Assembly (NCBI GenBank): GCA_964390695.1
Contig: CAYMKI010000002.1
Coordinates: forward strand, 6,716 to 70,715
Origin: an uncultured bacterium
GTDB taxonomy: Bacteria > Chlamydiota > Chlamydiia > Chlamydiales > Parachlamydiaceae
DNA: 64,000 bases
Direction: 5' to 3'
In this document: positions 46,671 to 53,795 of the stretch, piece after piece
Layout: every line of letters begins with the position of its first letter
How positions within the stretch are numbered: position 1 is the stretch's first letter
Made by a program: the position numbers and the translations under genes
The notes under the pieces: generated by a model
Seen by the model: the letters and a program-made list of their open reading frames with translations, nothing else
Database searches by the model: none
What the model was told of the DNA's origin: nothing

Positions 46671-47258
46671 TTATTTTTTAGTTAAACTCCTATAATCAGC
46701 CACTACCTTCTCCGTTTTGGTCAGAAGTAGCTTTTCAATCTCCTTTGTGTAGTGATCAATCATAACATCACACTCGACTTTCCCGAGCTTTGTAACCTTG
46801 CGAGAAGCGGATATCATCAATGCCCAGGTTCCGGCTCCATGTAGCTTGTCCATCTCCCTTTCAAATACTTCGCGCATTCCGCCTTCAAATCCATTGCATT
46901 TTTTGCATTGAAGTCGGTTATTAATCTCGTTGTACTTGGTTCCTTTGTGCTGCCGGCCTGCACCATGGCCGCAATCAGCATGGCGCCAATATTTGAAAAG
47001 AGAGCATGTAAAGCATTTTCCTATCCCTTCCGCATTAGAATCGCGTAGGCGAATATACCGGCTGAACACGGGCCAGAGGTACAATTCATCGTATGCTTTC
47101 TTGGGTTTTAGTTTCTTGGGGGCCTTTCGTTCCGGTTTTGGCTGCTTGCAGAACACACAATTTTCCTCCAATGGGTCGTTAATGCGCTGGCATGAACAGA
47201 TCCACCGTTTGGGTTTAAGGCTTTTTTTGCCCCTGTTAAGAAAATCGTAGTAAGGCAT
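46671..47258 (-). CDS. NinG/Rap-like recombination protein
   Basis: Cys clusters, FSRYIRLRD...CFTC...ADCGH...QCKKCNGFEGG pattern. Confidence 0.55.
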   Translation of the reverse strand: MPYYDFLNRGKKSLKPKRWICSCQRINDPLEENCVFCKQPKPERKAPKKLKPKKAYDELYLWPVFSRYIRLRDSNAEGIGKCFTCSLFKYWRHADCGHGAGRQHKGTKYNEINNRLQCKKCNGFEGGMREVFEREMDKLHGAGTWALMISASRKVTKLGKVECDVMIDHYTKEIEKLLLTKTEKVVADYRSLTKK

Positions 47259-47282
47259 TAGACTTGGTTAGTCAGTTGTTTC

Positions 47283-47308
47283 AAAAAAGGGGCGGCAATT
47301 ACCGCCCC
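47283..47308 (-). terminator. intrinsic terminator
   Basis: Reverse strand GGGGCGG-TAATTG-CCGCCCC followed by TTTTTT. Confidence 0.8.
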
Positions 47309-47470
47309 CGGCTTCATCTTTGGCAGGGCTTTTGCAAGGCCGTACTTAGCGCTTCTAAGGTTTTCGCTTGCCAAGGCTACTTCCCAGATACCGATGGTTT
47401 ACTACGGCTCACCATCTTCAACACTTCATGCAATGTTCTAAGCCCCTATCTTTGGTATAACTGGTTTCTC

Positions 47471-47497
47471 AAAAAATGGCCGGGAATCTACCCGCCC
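47471..47497 (-). terminator. internal terminator-like hairpin within the ncRNA unit
   Basis: Reverse strand GGGCGGG-TAGATT-CCCGGCC (one G-G mismatch) followed by ATTTTTT. Confidence 0.45.
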
Positions 47498-47632
47498 TCA
47501 ATCATCTATCATCGTTGGCCCATCTATCGGCCCTGAAGTTCACCGTAAGCGGCCCTACCTCCGCTTTGAGATTTTTAACCCTATTCCTTGGGGATGTTCT
47601 TCCCTGCTTGCCGAGTTGAATCATCAATGAGA

Positions 47633-47663
47633 CAAATGTAAAAAATATCATCGAATTTACAAA
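47633..47663 (-). promoter_or_regulatory. Bacteroidota sigma-A-type promoter (TTTG-N19-TACATTTG)
   Basis: Reverse strand reads TTTGTAAATTCGATGATATTTTTTACATTTG. It matches the -33 TTTG / -7 TAnnTTTG consensus and spacing. Confidence 0.6.
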
Positions 47664-47719
47664 TATCTATTAAAATAAAAGTTCACATTCTTTAATTAAA
47701 ACAATTCAACATATTCAAT

Positions 47720-47896
47720 TTATGGAATTGCTTTAACTTTCACCTCTCCTTTGCCATCGCATAGCAGGCATTTCCGGTCCTTTTTGGTGTGCTTGTCGCG
47801 AACCTCACCACGGCCAGAGCATACAGGGCAAGTCTCAGCATTGATTTTTCTTTGTTTCTTAACCCTGTTCATTTTAGGATACCATGTTGTGCCCAT
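47720..47896 (-). CDS. 58-aa DnaJ-type zinc-finger mini-protein (below the ORF-track cutoff)
   Basis: Hand-translated MGTTWYPKMNRVKKQRKINAETCPVCSGRGEVRDKHTKKDRKCLLCDGKGEVKVKAIP. It has two CxxCxGxG motifs and is preceded by a terminator and the ACAACTGTATG start context. Confidence 0.5.
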   Translation of the reverse strand: MGTTWYPKMNRVKKQRKINAETCPVCSGRGEVRDKHTKKDRKCLLCDGKGEVKVKAIP

Positions 47897-47910
47897 ACAG
47901 TTGTTGTTTT

Positions 47911-47936
47911 AAAAAACCCAGACCGCCAACTGGGTA
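47911..47936 (-). terminator. intrinsic terminator
   Basis: Reverse strand ACCCAG-TTGGCGGT-CTGGGT followed by TTTTTT. Confidence 0.65.
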
Positions 47937-47955
47937 CCATTTTTTAATCTAGCTT

Positions 47956-48213
47956 TCAAACCCTTGGTTCAGAATTAGTTTTAGGACCATTGGTTGAATC
48001 CGCACGTTTGACGGTTTTAGCGGGCTCTGCGTTAGAGATACGTCTTTCGTATGCCTCTAACTTATATCTTACCTCTCGGAGTATCTGAGCGCAGCCTAGC
48101 GAGTCTTTGGCCTTCAGAAGTCTCTGAGCCTCCTGAATCCGTTCTTTGGAGATGGGCACCTTGGCTCTGGGCCTCATGTCGTGTAATCCGAATAGTTCCC
48201 CCTGCTCAGGCAT
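47956..48213 (-). CDS. hypothetical protein
   Basis: 85-aa ORF. Confidence 0.45.
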   Translation of the reverse strand: MPEQGELFGLHDMRPRAKVPISKERIQEAQRLLKAKDSLGCAQILREVRYKLEAYERRISNAEPAKTVKRADSTNGPKTNSEPRV

Positions 48214-48481
48214 TTTCCACCTCGTTTAGCTGTTCTTCCAGTTCTTCATCGCTGATCAGCGCCTCAAAAAAGCAGTCCATATACACCTTGTTGGGGTGTT
48301 TTTCTTCCAACTGAATCATGTTCCAGAATTGAGGAGGGAAGTCGGTGTTTCCATGGAGAGGATATCCGGCCACGGTGTAAATCTTTCCGAACTCTGGCAA
48401 GTCTCCAGCATCCATCTGTCCGAAGATAACGTTCCAATCTTTTTTTACGGGAGTGACATGCTGGCCGATTTTGAATTTCAT
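48206..48481 (-). CDS. hypothetical protein
   Basis: Start refined to MKFKIGQHV (48481). Confidence 0.45.
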   Translation of the reverse strand: MKFKIGQHVTPVKKDWNVIFGQMDAGDLPEFGKIYTVAGYPLHGNTDFPPQFWNMIQLEEKHPNKVYMDCFFEALISDEELEEQLNEVENA

Positions 48482-48606
48482 ACGACAAGACAAATTAGGT
48501 AAACAATCAAAGCCATAGTCAATACTATCACAATTGCCTGAAAATAGCAACTTGAGCCGATAGACATTTGATACTCTTCTTCTAAATCCTCGTGATTCCC
48601 CATAAA

Positions 48607-49008
48607 TCAGAAAGGTAAATCATCAACTGCACCATCCGAACCTGAAGGAGCGCTTGAACTAGGCTCCTGATACTTCCCAGCATCCGGATCCACCGGTGGA
48701 GTGCCTGCGGATTGCCATTTTCTTTGACTTTGCGCCTCCCAAGTTATCTTCCATGCTTTCACATCCGTGAACCATCTTCCGCTGTACTCGCGTGATTCTA
48801 TATTGATATGGGCTGTCACGGTGAGCCCAACGGTTAAGTCGTACTTGTTGATCAGATCCTCGCCCCAGACTGAAATACAGACAGGTTTTGGGAATTGTCC
48901 TGGCTGCTCGAGAATAAAATCCTGCTTGTGCCAGGTGCCTTTTTTGCCATTGCCGGTGATCACCTGCATGACATTGATTATTTTTCCGGTTATCTCCATA
49001 GAATTCAT
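48607..49008 (-). CDS. single-stranded DNA-binding protein (DUF3127/OB-fold type with an SSB acidic tip)
   Basis: ITGKIINVMQV...WHKQDFILEQPGQFPKPVCISVWG...RWFTDVKAWKI plus a disordered tail ending DDLPF. Confidence 0.7.
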   Translation of the reverse strand: MNSMEITGKIINVMQVITGNGKKGTWHKQDFILEQPGQFPKPVCISVWGEDLINKYDLTVGLTVTAHINIESREYSGRWFTDVKAWKITWEAQSQRKWQSAGTPPVDPDAGKYQEPSSSAPSGSDGAVDDLPF

Positions 49009-49010
49009 TT

Positions 49011-49142
49011 TTAAAGCCTTTCAATTAGCTCAATCAATTTTTTTATAGCAATCGCAGTTTCTTTCCTTTTGTTTGCGTTAATTAACAATTCAATGCTTTG
49101 ATTTAATTTTGCAATAGCTTCTATCAATTCTAATTTTTCCAT
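49011..49142 (-). CDS. 43-aa helical mini-protein (below the ORF-track cutoff)
   Basis: Hand-translated MEKLELIEAIAKLNQSIELLINANKRKETAIAIKKLIELIERL. It fills a gap in the operon. Confidence 0.35.
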   Translation of the reverse strand: MEKLELIEAIAKLNQSIELLINANKRKETAIAIKKLIELIERL

Positions 49143-49157
49143 TATGTGTTTTTTGTT

Positions 49158-49319
49158 TTAAAGTGTTATAAGTAATTTTATTCTTACTACAAATAATTTT
49201 AACATAACCTTCTTTTCGTATAACCTTAACCACCATTTCGGCATTCCGTGCATTACTTTATTCAAATTTGGTGACCAAATACTACTGGTTGCTTCTAAAT
49301 TTTTTTCTTTTTGAGTCAT
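49158..49319 (-). CDS. small hypothetical protein
   Basis: Start refined to MTQKEKNLE (49319). Confidence 0.3.
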   Translation of the reverse strand: MTQKEKNLEATSSIWSPNLNKVMHGMPKWWLRLYEKKVMLKLFVVRIKLLITL

Positions 49320-49358
49320 AAACTTTCCGCAGAGTTTAACGAGCTGCACCGCTCGGTT

Positions 49359-49688
49359 TTAAAACTCAATTTTATCGCAAGGCATTGGTTTAAAATCATT
49401 TGATGTCACGGTTCCAACCTTAACCGAGTAATCGAAATACGTTGCAATCTTTACCTTCTTTTTTTCGATTGCCTCCCTGTCAATTACGGTTTCAAAAATG
49501 CCCTATTGCTGAAGAACTTCCATAACCGCCACGATGTCATTGAACTCATAAACTATCCTTTGAGCATTCGTTAATTCTTGTTCCGGTTGGATTTCTTCGA
49601 GTGTAAATCGAATAGCCTTTGAAACTCTTTGCGCTGTCTCAACGCATTCCTCAGCTAAAACCGTGAGTAAAAGTTCTGTTCTTGTCAT
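49359..49688 (-). pseudogene. MazG-like all-alpha NTP pyrophosphohydrolase, reading frame interrupted (pseudogene, assembly error or recoding)
   Basis: The intact 61 codons (49503..49688) have EECVE...KAIRF...YEFND. The protein-like continuation GIFETVIDREAIEKKK is in the +1 frame. KYFDYSVKVGTV...KIEF is back in frame 0, ending at 49359. Confidence 0.5.
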
Positions 49689-49700
49689 AACTCATGGTTT

Positions 49701-50102
49701 CTACTTCGGCAATTCGTACTCTCTCCAGAAGGTGACGTTTACACGCTTTAAGTGATTGCCGTTATTCTGCACTTCGTACCATCCCAGCATAGGTAAGTGA
49801 ATACCTGTTTTTGGATGATCTGAGGACTCGTCTGTGAGCACGAGCACCGTTTTCACTTCTTTAGGCTTTTGGTTTTCGCCTTCTGTTGTAGGGTTCCATT
49901 TTGTTGCTTCCATTTTTTTAAAGGGGTTTGAAAAGTTCATATTTGATTGATTTAAATGCATCTCTAATTTTTTGGTCTCGGGATCGTGATTCAGGAATGT
50001 ATAGACTTCGTAGTCCGAAAATCCTGCTCTTTTCATCATCTGACCTTTCAGTCTGCCAATTATTTCTATGGCTTCGCGTAGGGGTTCTTTAGGTGTGCTC
50101 AT
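49701..50102 (-). CDS. hypothetical protein with a DUF551-like C-terminus
   Basis: 133-aa ORF; ...VLVLTDES...GWYEV...VTFWREYELPK. Confidence 0.5.
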   Translation of the reverse strand: MSTPKEPLREAIEIIGRLKGQMMKRAGFSDYEVYTFLNHDPETKKLEMHLNQSNMNFSNPFKKMEATKWNPTTEGENQKPKEVKTVLVLTDESSDHPKTGIHLPMLGWYEVQNNGNHLKRVNVTFWREYELPK

Positions 50103-50105
50103 TTC

Positions 50106-50279
50106 TCAAATCTTTATTTTTGAAGTTCCTTTATTGTACTCTCTTTCAGCCGCCAACATTTTGATGTCGGTAACATATCGTTGTCCTTTGTGAGTGAAGT
50201 GAAGATCCTCACCTCTGGCAATAAGCCTTTCGGTCATGGCATCCAACTCTTTTGCGGTATAGCGTTTTCTTTTGGCCAT
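50106..50279 (-). CDS. 57-aa hypothetical protein (below the ORF-track cutoff)
   Basis: Hand-translated MAKRKRYTAKELDAMTERLIARGEDLHFTHKGQRYVTDIKMLAAEREYNKGTSKIKI. TAATG overlap with the upstream gene. Confidence 0.4.
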   Translation of the reverse strand: MAKRKRYTAKELDAMTERLIARGEDLHFTHKGQRYVTDIKMLAAEREYNKGTSKIKI

Positions 50280-50767
50280 TAAATTGATCTTAACTCGGGC
50301 TTAACATAATCCACTCCAATCCGCTTAAACAAATCTTCCTCCTCGCGGCAGTTGTACTTATCGCGTCCATGCCACAGGTATCCATCTCGGGACACATACC
50401 CGGCTTTTACCCAGCCATTCGCCAAAACTTTGTGGCTGTACTCCGCTGAACCCGTCCGAATAGCAAATATCAATCCCCAGTTTTCCGGCTCCGCGAAGAA
50501 CAAATCCAACTTTATGCCTTCCGGCAATATCCTCTGAGTGTACTTACATGGAAGCTCACCCTTGACCTTTTGCCACCGGTTCACAACCGTAGCTATACCG
50601 GACTCAAACAGACCAACCTCGAAGGGCTTAGGAATAGCCACGATCTCGATGTCTTTCACCTCGGATTTCCGTCTTCGGATGCTTCCGGCTATCTCGCATC
50701 GAACGCAATGCGGTCTTAGTTCTTCCAAGACCTTTTCAGCAATATTTAGAGCATCGTAGAGTATCAT
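50279..50767 (-). CDS. minimal Pol X-family nucleotidyltransferase/DNA polymerase (palm + thumb only)
   Basis: 162 aa. EIAGSIRRRKSEVKDIEIVAIPK, IKLDLFFAEPENWGLIFAIRTGSAEYS and EDLFKRIGVDYVKPELR align by eye with minimal Pol X proteins such as the ~174-aa asfarvirus enzyme. Confidence 0.65.
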   Translation of the reverse strand: MILYDALNIAEKVLEELRPHCVRCEIAGSIRRRKSEVKDIEIVAIPKPFEVGLFESGIATVVNRWQKVKGELPCKYTQRILPEGIKLDLFFAEPENWGLIFAIRTGSAEYSHKVLANGWVKAGYVSRDGYLWHGRDKYNCREEEDLFKRIGVDYVKPELRSI

Positions 50768-51216
50768 GCTATTTTACCCTCCTTCAAAATCCTGAAATAA
50801 GCCTTATGGTACTTTTGCAGTCTTGCATAGTCTGAAAGTTTGATTTCCGTTAATCTGGTAATGTCCATGTTATCCAGAAGATCGGCTTTTTTGACTTCGA
50901 TAGCCCATGCATCCGTCAATATTTGGGAGATGTAATCATCGTAATCCCAATCCCTTTTTCTGGTCAGCACAACAACGCTATCGACAATGTTTTTACCGAA
51001 AAGCGCCCTCAAAGACTTCTCATTCCATTCCGGGCAATCCTCCAATAGATCATGCAGCAACGCGATGATGAACAAATGCTCTCTATCATGGAATGAGTTG
51101 GCAACCCGTTTCAAGTGGTTTATGTATGGCATACCGGCCAAATCTTTCTTTCCTTGAAAAGAATGTTCCGCAATTTTTAAGGCTAATTCTTTATGGTCCA
51201 TATCAAAAAATATCAA
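50764..51216 (-). CDS. HD-domain small alarmone hydrolase-like protein (RelA/SpoT hydrolase family)
   Basis: AGMPYINHLKRVA...IIALLHDLLEDCP...FGKNIVDSVVVLT...VKKADLLDNM. Confidence 0.7.
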   Translation of the reverse strand: MIFFDMDHKELALKIAEHSFQGKKDLAGMPYINHLKRVANSFHDREHLFIIALLHDLLEDCPEWNEKSLRALFGKNIVDSVVVLTRKRDWDYDDYISQILTDAWAIEVKKADLLDNMDITRLTEIKLSDYARLQKYHKAYFRILKEGKIA

Positions 51217-52240
51217 TTTGTCTATTCCTGTTCATTATAGCGTACTCTACCCTTTTCTCTGCAATATCTACTTCCTCCGGAGACTGATCAATGCCCACGC
51301 CATCCATAAACTCATAGGCTCCGGCTTTCAATGTAGACCCGCTGCCCATGTAGGGATCCAAAAACTCGCCTCCTATTGGATTCACAAGTCTCAGATAGTA
51401 CCGCATGAGGTTAGTCGGCTTTACTGTTGGGTGACTATTTACGACTTTACCCTCATTCCGATCAGCACGACTTGCCTTACCGCAATAAAAGAATCTTGCT
51501 GCACTTCCTTCACTAGATTCATGTATCTGTTTTGTAGAGCCAGATGGAGCACCTAAAGAATTTCCAGTATTAGTATACTCATAGGATTTTTTCATTGCTC
51601 CTGACTTCTGGTAAGGAAATAGGGACACTACTTCCTCGCTGCCATCATGCTGAATATTTGCTGGCCATCTTCCATTTTCTCCACCGGTGACATTTACCGC
51701 ATGAGCTGCACCACGAGTGAACATATCAGTACTTCTATGACCGTAGTTTCCGCCTTTGATGTTTGTTTGGCTACCAAATTTCCAAGGTTCTCCGGGTATT
51801 CTGCAGGCTGCAATATTCAAAACCCCTGTTCCCCAGCGATCGTAATTTTCCTGAACGGTACCATCCAAAGGCTTTCTCGCCAACACAATAGGCTCGATCG
51901 CAGGCTTCAAAGCGGTCCCCAGTTCTTCGGTTATGTTATGACTCTTTGGAAATCCGCTACCATAAAGCCAACCAAGCATATCCCTTATCTCAAATCCGGC
52001 ATCTTCCACATTACATACCATGCGATGATAGGTTCTTGTTCCCCCAAAAGCAAGCAAAAACGCACCTGGCCGAAGAACGCGATACACGGATTCCCACTCT
52101 TTTACCGATGGAACCGAATAATCCCACTTCTTACCCATGAATTTTAGCCCATAAGGAGGATCTGTCACGCAGGAATGAAACGTATTATCCCCATACTCCT
52201 TGAGCACATCTTCCTGCTTACCTTGATGCATTATCATCAT
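51203..52240 (-). CDS. DNA N6-adenine/N4-cytosine methyltransferase (beta class)
   Basis: CVTDPPYGLKF (motif IV) ... HPTVKPTNLMRYYLRLVNPIGGEFLDPYMGSGSTLKAG (motif I). Confidence 0.85.
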   Translation of the reverse strand: MMIMHQGKQEDVLKEYGDNTFHSCVTDPPYGLKFMGKKWDYSVPSVKEWESVYRVLRPGAFLLAFGGTRTYHRMVCNVEDAGFEIRDMLGWLYGSGFPKSHNITEELGTALKPAIEPIVLARKPLDGTVQENYDRWGTGVLNIAACRIPGEPWKFGSQTNIKGGNYGHRSTDMFTRGAAHAVNVTGGENGRWPANIQHDGSEEVVSLFPYQKSGAMKKSYEYTNTGNSLGAPSGSTKQIHESSEGSAARFFYCGKASRADRNEGKVVNSHPTVKPTNLMRYYLRLVNPIGGEFLDPYMGSGSTLKAGAYEFMDGVGIDQSPEEVDIAEKRVEYAIMNRNRQIDIF

Positions 52241-52491
52241 TACTCTATCACATTAAACCCACCCTTACCAATCTTCCCATTCCCTCCCCTTCCATGCACC
52301 TTTACCGCCTCAACCCTAACACAGAACCATCCACGCTCCTCCGACCCCTTACCGACCTTTACCACAAAAGGCCCACCATTCTCCCCCTTACGCTTCATAG
52401 TCCCGTAATTACCGCCTATCAAAACACTCAACCCCTTCAACGTGGTTGCGCACTTAACATCAAAACTCAATACCCCTATCCAGACTTTCAT
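52240..52491 (-). CDS. hypothetical Gly/Lys-rich small protein
   Basis: 83-aa ORF with a 1-nt overlap to the MTase start. Confidence 0.4.
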   Translation of the reverse strand: MKVWIGVLSFDVKCATTLKGLSVLIGGNYGTMKRKGENGGPFVVKVGKGSEERGWFCVRVEAVKVHGRGGNGKIGKGGFNVIE

Positions 52492-52733
52492 AACCCATTT
52501 GTATTTACCTCAAAAACTCGCGTTTCTAAAACCTGATCAAAACTATAAAACTCAACAATAGCGCAGTTATAACCAATCTCAATAACCCTCCCAATAGTAC
52601 ACCACTTAGTTACCGGTGACCAAAAATTCTTTTTATAATCAAACACCAACTCCGCCCACCCATTTCCTATTACCTTTATCATAGTTGCGCTCTTATCCCG
52701 CATCAAAAGTAACAAAATGATACTTCTATCCAA
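52488..52733 (-). CDS. hypothetical protein (first gene of the leftward operon)
   Basis: 81-aa ORF. Confidence 0.45.
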   Translation of the reverse strand: MDRSIILLLLMRDKSATMIKVIGNGWAELVFDYKKNFWSPVTKWCTIGRVIEIGYNCAIVEFYSFDQVLETRVFEVNTNGL

Positions 52734-52807
52734 ATAAATAAGTGAAATATTTAAGAAAAAAGCCTGTATAAGTGCACTTTTGAGGAATCTTCCACAAATG
52801 AGGGGGC

Positions 52808-52896
52808 CAAAAATCGCGTCCCCGAACGTTTTTAAAAGAGGGGGTGGGGGTCGATTCCAAAGCGCAATCGCGGATTTTTGAAAATGTGGCCACCTT
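52808..52896 (+). repeat. three spaced copies of AATCGCG
   Basis: AAAAATCGCG at 52808-52817, AATCGCG at 52865-52871, AAATCGCG at 52888-52896. Confidence 0.6.
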
Positions 52897-52927
52897 CTAA
52901 AATCGCGCGAAAACTAACTTTATCAAG

Positions 52928-52954
52928 TTGCATAGTTTTATATAAACTGTGCAA
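52928..52954 (+). promoter_or_regulatory. operator/promoter A: TTGCA-N17-TGCAA
   Basis: TTGCATAGTTTTATATAAACTGTGCAA. It faces the repeat region and no ORF follows. Confidence 0.6.
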
Positions 52955-53023
52955 AATGCTGAAAATAGGCCACTATCGCATGAATGTGTGATTTTTGGTC
53001 TCAAATATCGTTCTCCACCAGTA

Positions 53024-53275
53024 AAAATGAGGGTTTTTGCAACAGTGTTGCATCTTGAGGATTTTGTGCAGATATGCACATGAAAATGATGTTTTCGCAG
53101 TAAAAACGAGGTTTTATTGTGCATATGCTATTATTTTTTAGTGTTTGTTGAGGATTTTTCAATTGTATTCGGGATTTTATTGAGAGTATTTCAATGAAAT
53201 GGTGGATTTGTTGATAGGAATGAGGTTTTGTGATGTGGTGCGCACCAATTTATTTATAGAACGTGGTTTTTGGGC
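53024..53275 (+). repeat. array of at least nine same-orientation GWGGnTTTT(G) repeats, several followed by short palindromes (iteron-like)
   Basis: Copies start at 53029, 53057, 53088, 53108, 53150, 53171, 53202, 53222 and 53263. Spacings are 28, 31, 20, 42, 21, 31, 20 and 41 bp. The plus strand is very C-poor. Confidence 0.7.
53037..53052. promoter_or_regulatory. near-copy of the palindrome (TTGCAAC-AGT-GTTGCA) inside the iteron-like array
   Basis: TTGCAACAGTGTTGCA. Confidence 0.5.
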
Positions 53276-53310
53276 TTTTTTTTAGGATAATGCTTTAAAA
53301 TGGGCTGGAA

Positions 53311-53460
53311 ATGGCGCGCATCGTTTTTTTGTTTTGTCTGGCTGTTTGTTCTTCGCTGGCTTCCGCCTGCCTGCTGCGCTGTCTCTGCCTTTCCTTCGGG
53401 GAACCACTTCTTTTGCCGAGTGACGGATCATCTTTCTTCGGGCCGATAGAGAGTGAGGCT
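53311..53460. other. GC-rich pyrimidine-skewed core of the non-coding region
   Basis: Local GC is clearly above the flanks. Contains a cUUCGg-type hairpin (CTTTCC-TTCG-GGGAA) and CTTCGGGCCGATAGA (53436-53450). Confidence 0.5.
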
Positions 53461-53496
53461 AAAATTACGATGGCTTGGAGAGGCTATAATGAGGGG

Positions 53497-53610
53497 AAAA
53501 TGTGGGGTTGATTTTGCGGGTAGTAAAATGGGTTGAAAAGTGGTGCGATTTCGGTAAGGTCGGTAAAGTTGGGTTTTGGGGCAAAGTGGGAAATTAGCGA
53601 AATAAAGGGG
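53497..53610 (+). repeat. phased A-tract/G-tract repeats AAA(A)(T/G)(T)GGG
   Basis: Copies start at 53497, 53525, 53536, 53565, 53583 and 53604. Confidence 0.55.
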
Positions 53611-53768
53611 GTCGAGAATCGAATATAGCCGTACAAAGGTACAGGATTTGGCGAATATCGCGGTGTGGAGCGTTTGGAACTGGTAATTTGAGTAAAATAG
53701 GTATTTTGGTGGTTTTCAGACATTTAATATAGAGAAATTAAAAAATATCAACATTTGTTTGCATTGAA

Positions 53769-53795
53769 TTGCATAGTTTACTTATAATTGTGCAA
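53769..53795 (+). promoter_or_regulatory. operator/promoter B: TTGCA-N17-TGCAA, upstream of the rightward gene block
   Basis: TTGCATAGTTTACTTATAATTGTGCAA followed by the TTAACCAAAA leader and an ATG at 53819. Confidence 0.65.

Larger units (their letters stand above)
47283..47626 (-). ncRNA. candidate structured non-coding RNA (~340 nt, with a possible ~150-nt short form), family unknown
   Basis: GC-rich island bracketed by a Bacteroidota-type promoter (47633-47663) and an intrinsic terminator (47283-47308). An internal terminator-like hairpin lies at 47471-47497. The longest minus-strand ORF is about 40 codons. Confidence 0.5.

Noticed and set aside
47264-47536. Plus-strand 90-aa ORF across the ncRNA candidate
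   Set aside because: It has no promoter or leader context, and its translation is Trp/Pro/Tyr/Leu-rich with no recognisable pattern. It runs antisense to a unit with a clear reverse-strand promoter and terminator.
48264-49048. Alternative-frame ORFs 48264..48488 (-), 48296..48502 (+), 48659..49024 (-) and 48767..49048 (+)
   Set aside because: They overlap better-supported genes (the SSB with its DDLPF tip, and 48206..48481). Their translations are Arg/Ser/Cys-rich and junk-like. Unlike the MTase locus, none spans a whole gene or carries recognisable motifs.
49503-49505. In-frame TAG as evidence for TAG-to-Gln stop-codon reassignment (as in some Bacteroidota phages)
   Set aside because: The downstream protein-like sequence is not in frame with the TAG as assembled. 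It would be in frame only if the GGGG run were really GGG. Other genes here, for example 28762..29361, appear to terminate normally at TAG followed by a terminator hairpin. I kept this locus as a frameshift/pseudogene finding.
52845-52857. GGGGGTCGATTCC resembling a tRNA T-arm (possible tRNA gene or tRNA-derived att core)
   Set aside because: There is no complementary 3' stem half, acceptor stem or anticodon arm nearby. No cloverleaf could be drawn anywhere in the window.
53024-53275. Possible CRISPR array
   Set aside because: The repeats are only about 9 bp, degenerate and irregularly spaced at 20-42 bp. There are no 25-40 bp conserved repeats or unique spacers, and no cas genes.
52897-53723. 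ORFs 52897..53124 (-), 53311..53511 (+) and 53484..53723 (-) inside the control region
   Set aside because: Their translations are Cys/His/Phe-rich, or Pro/Ser/Phe-rich with almost no charged residues. They overlap the repeat arrays and promoters and lack the TAACC leader context. The 53311 ORF superficially resembles a signal peptide but lies in the GC-skewed core, so I treat it as non-coding with residual doubt.
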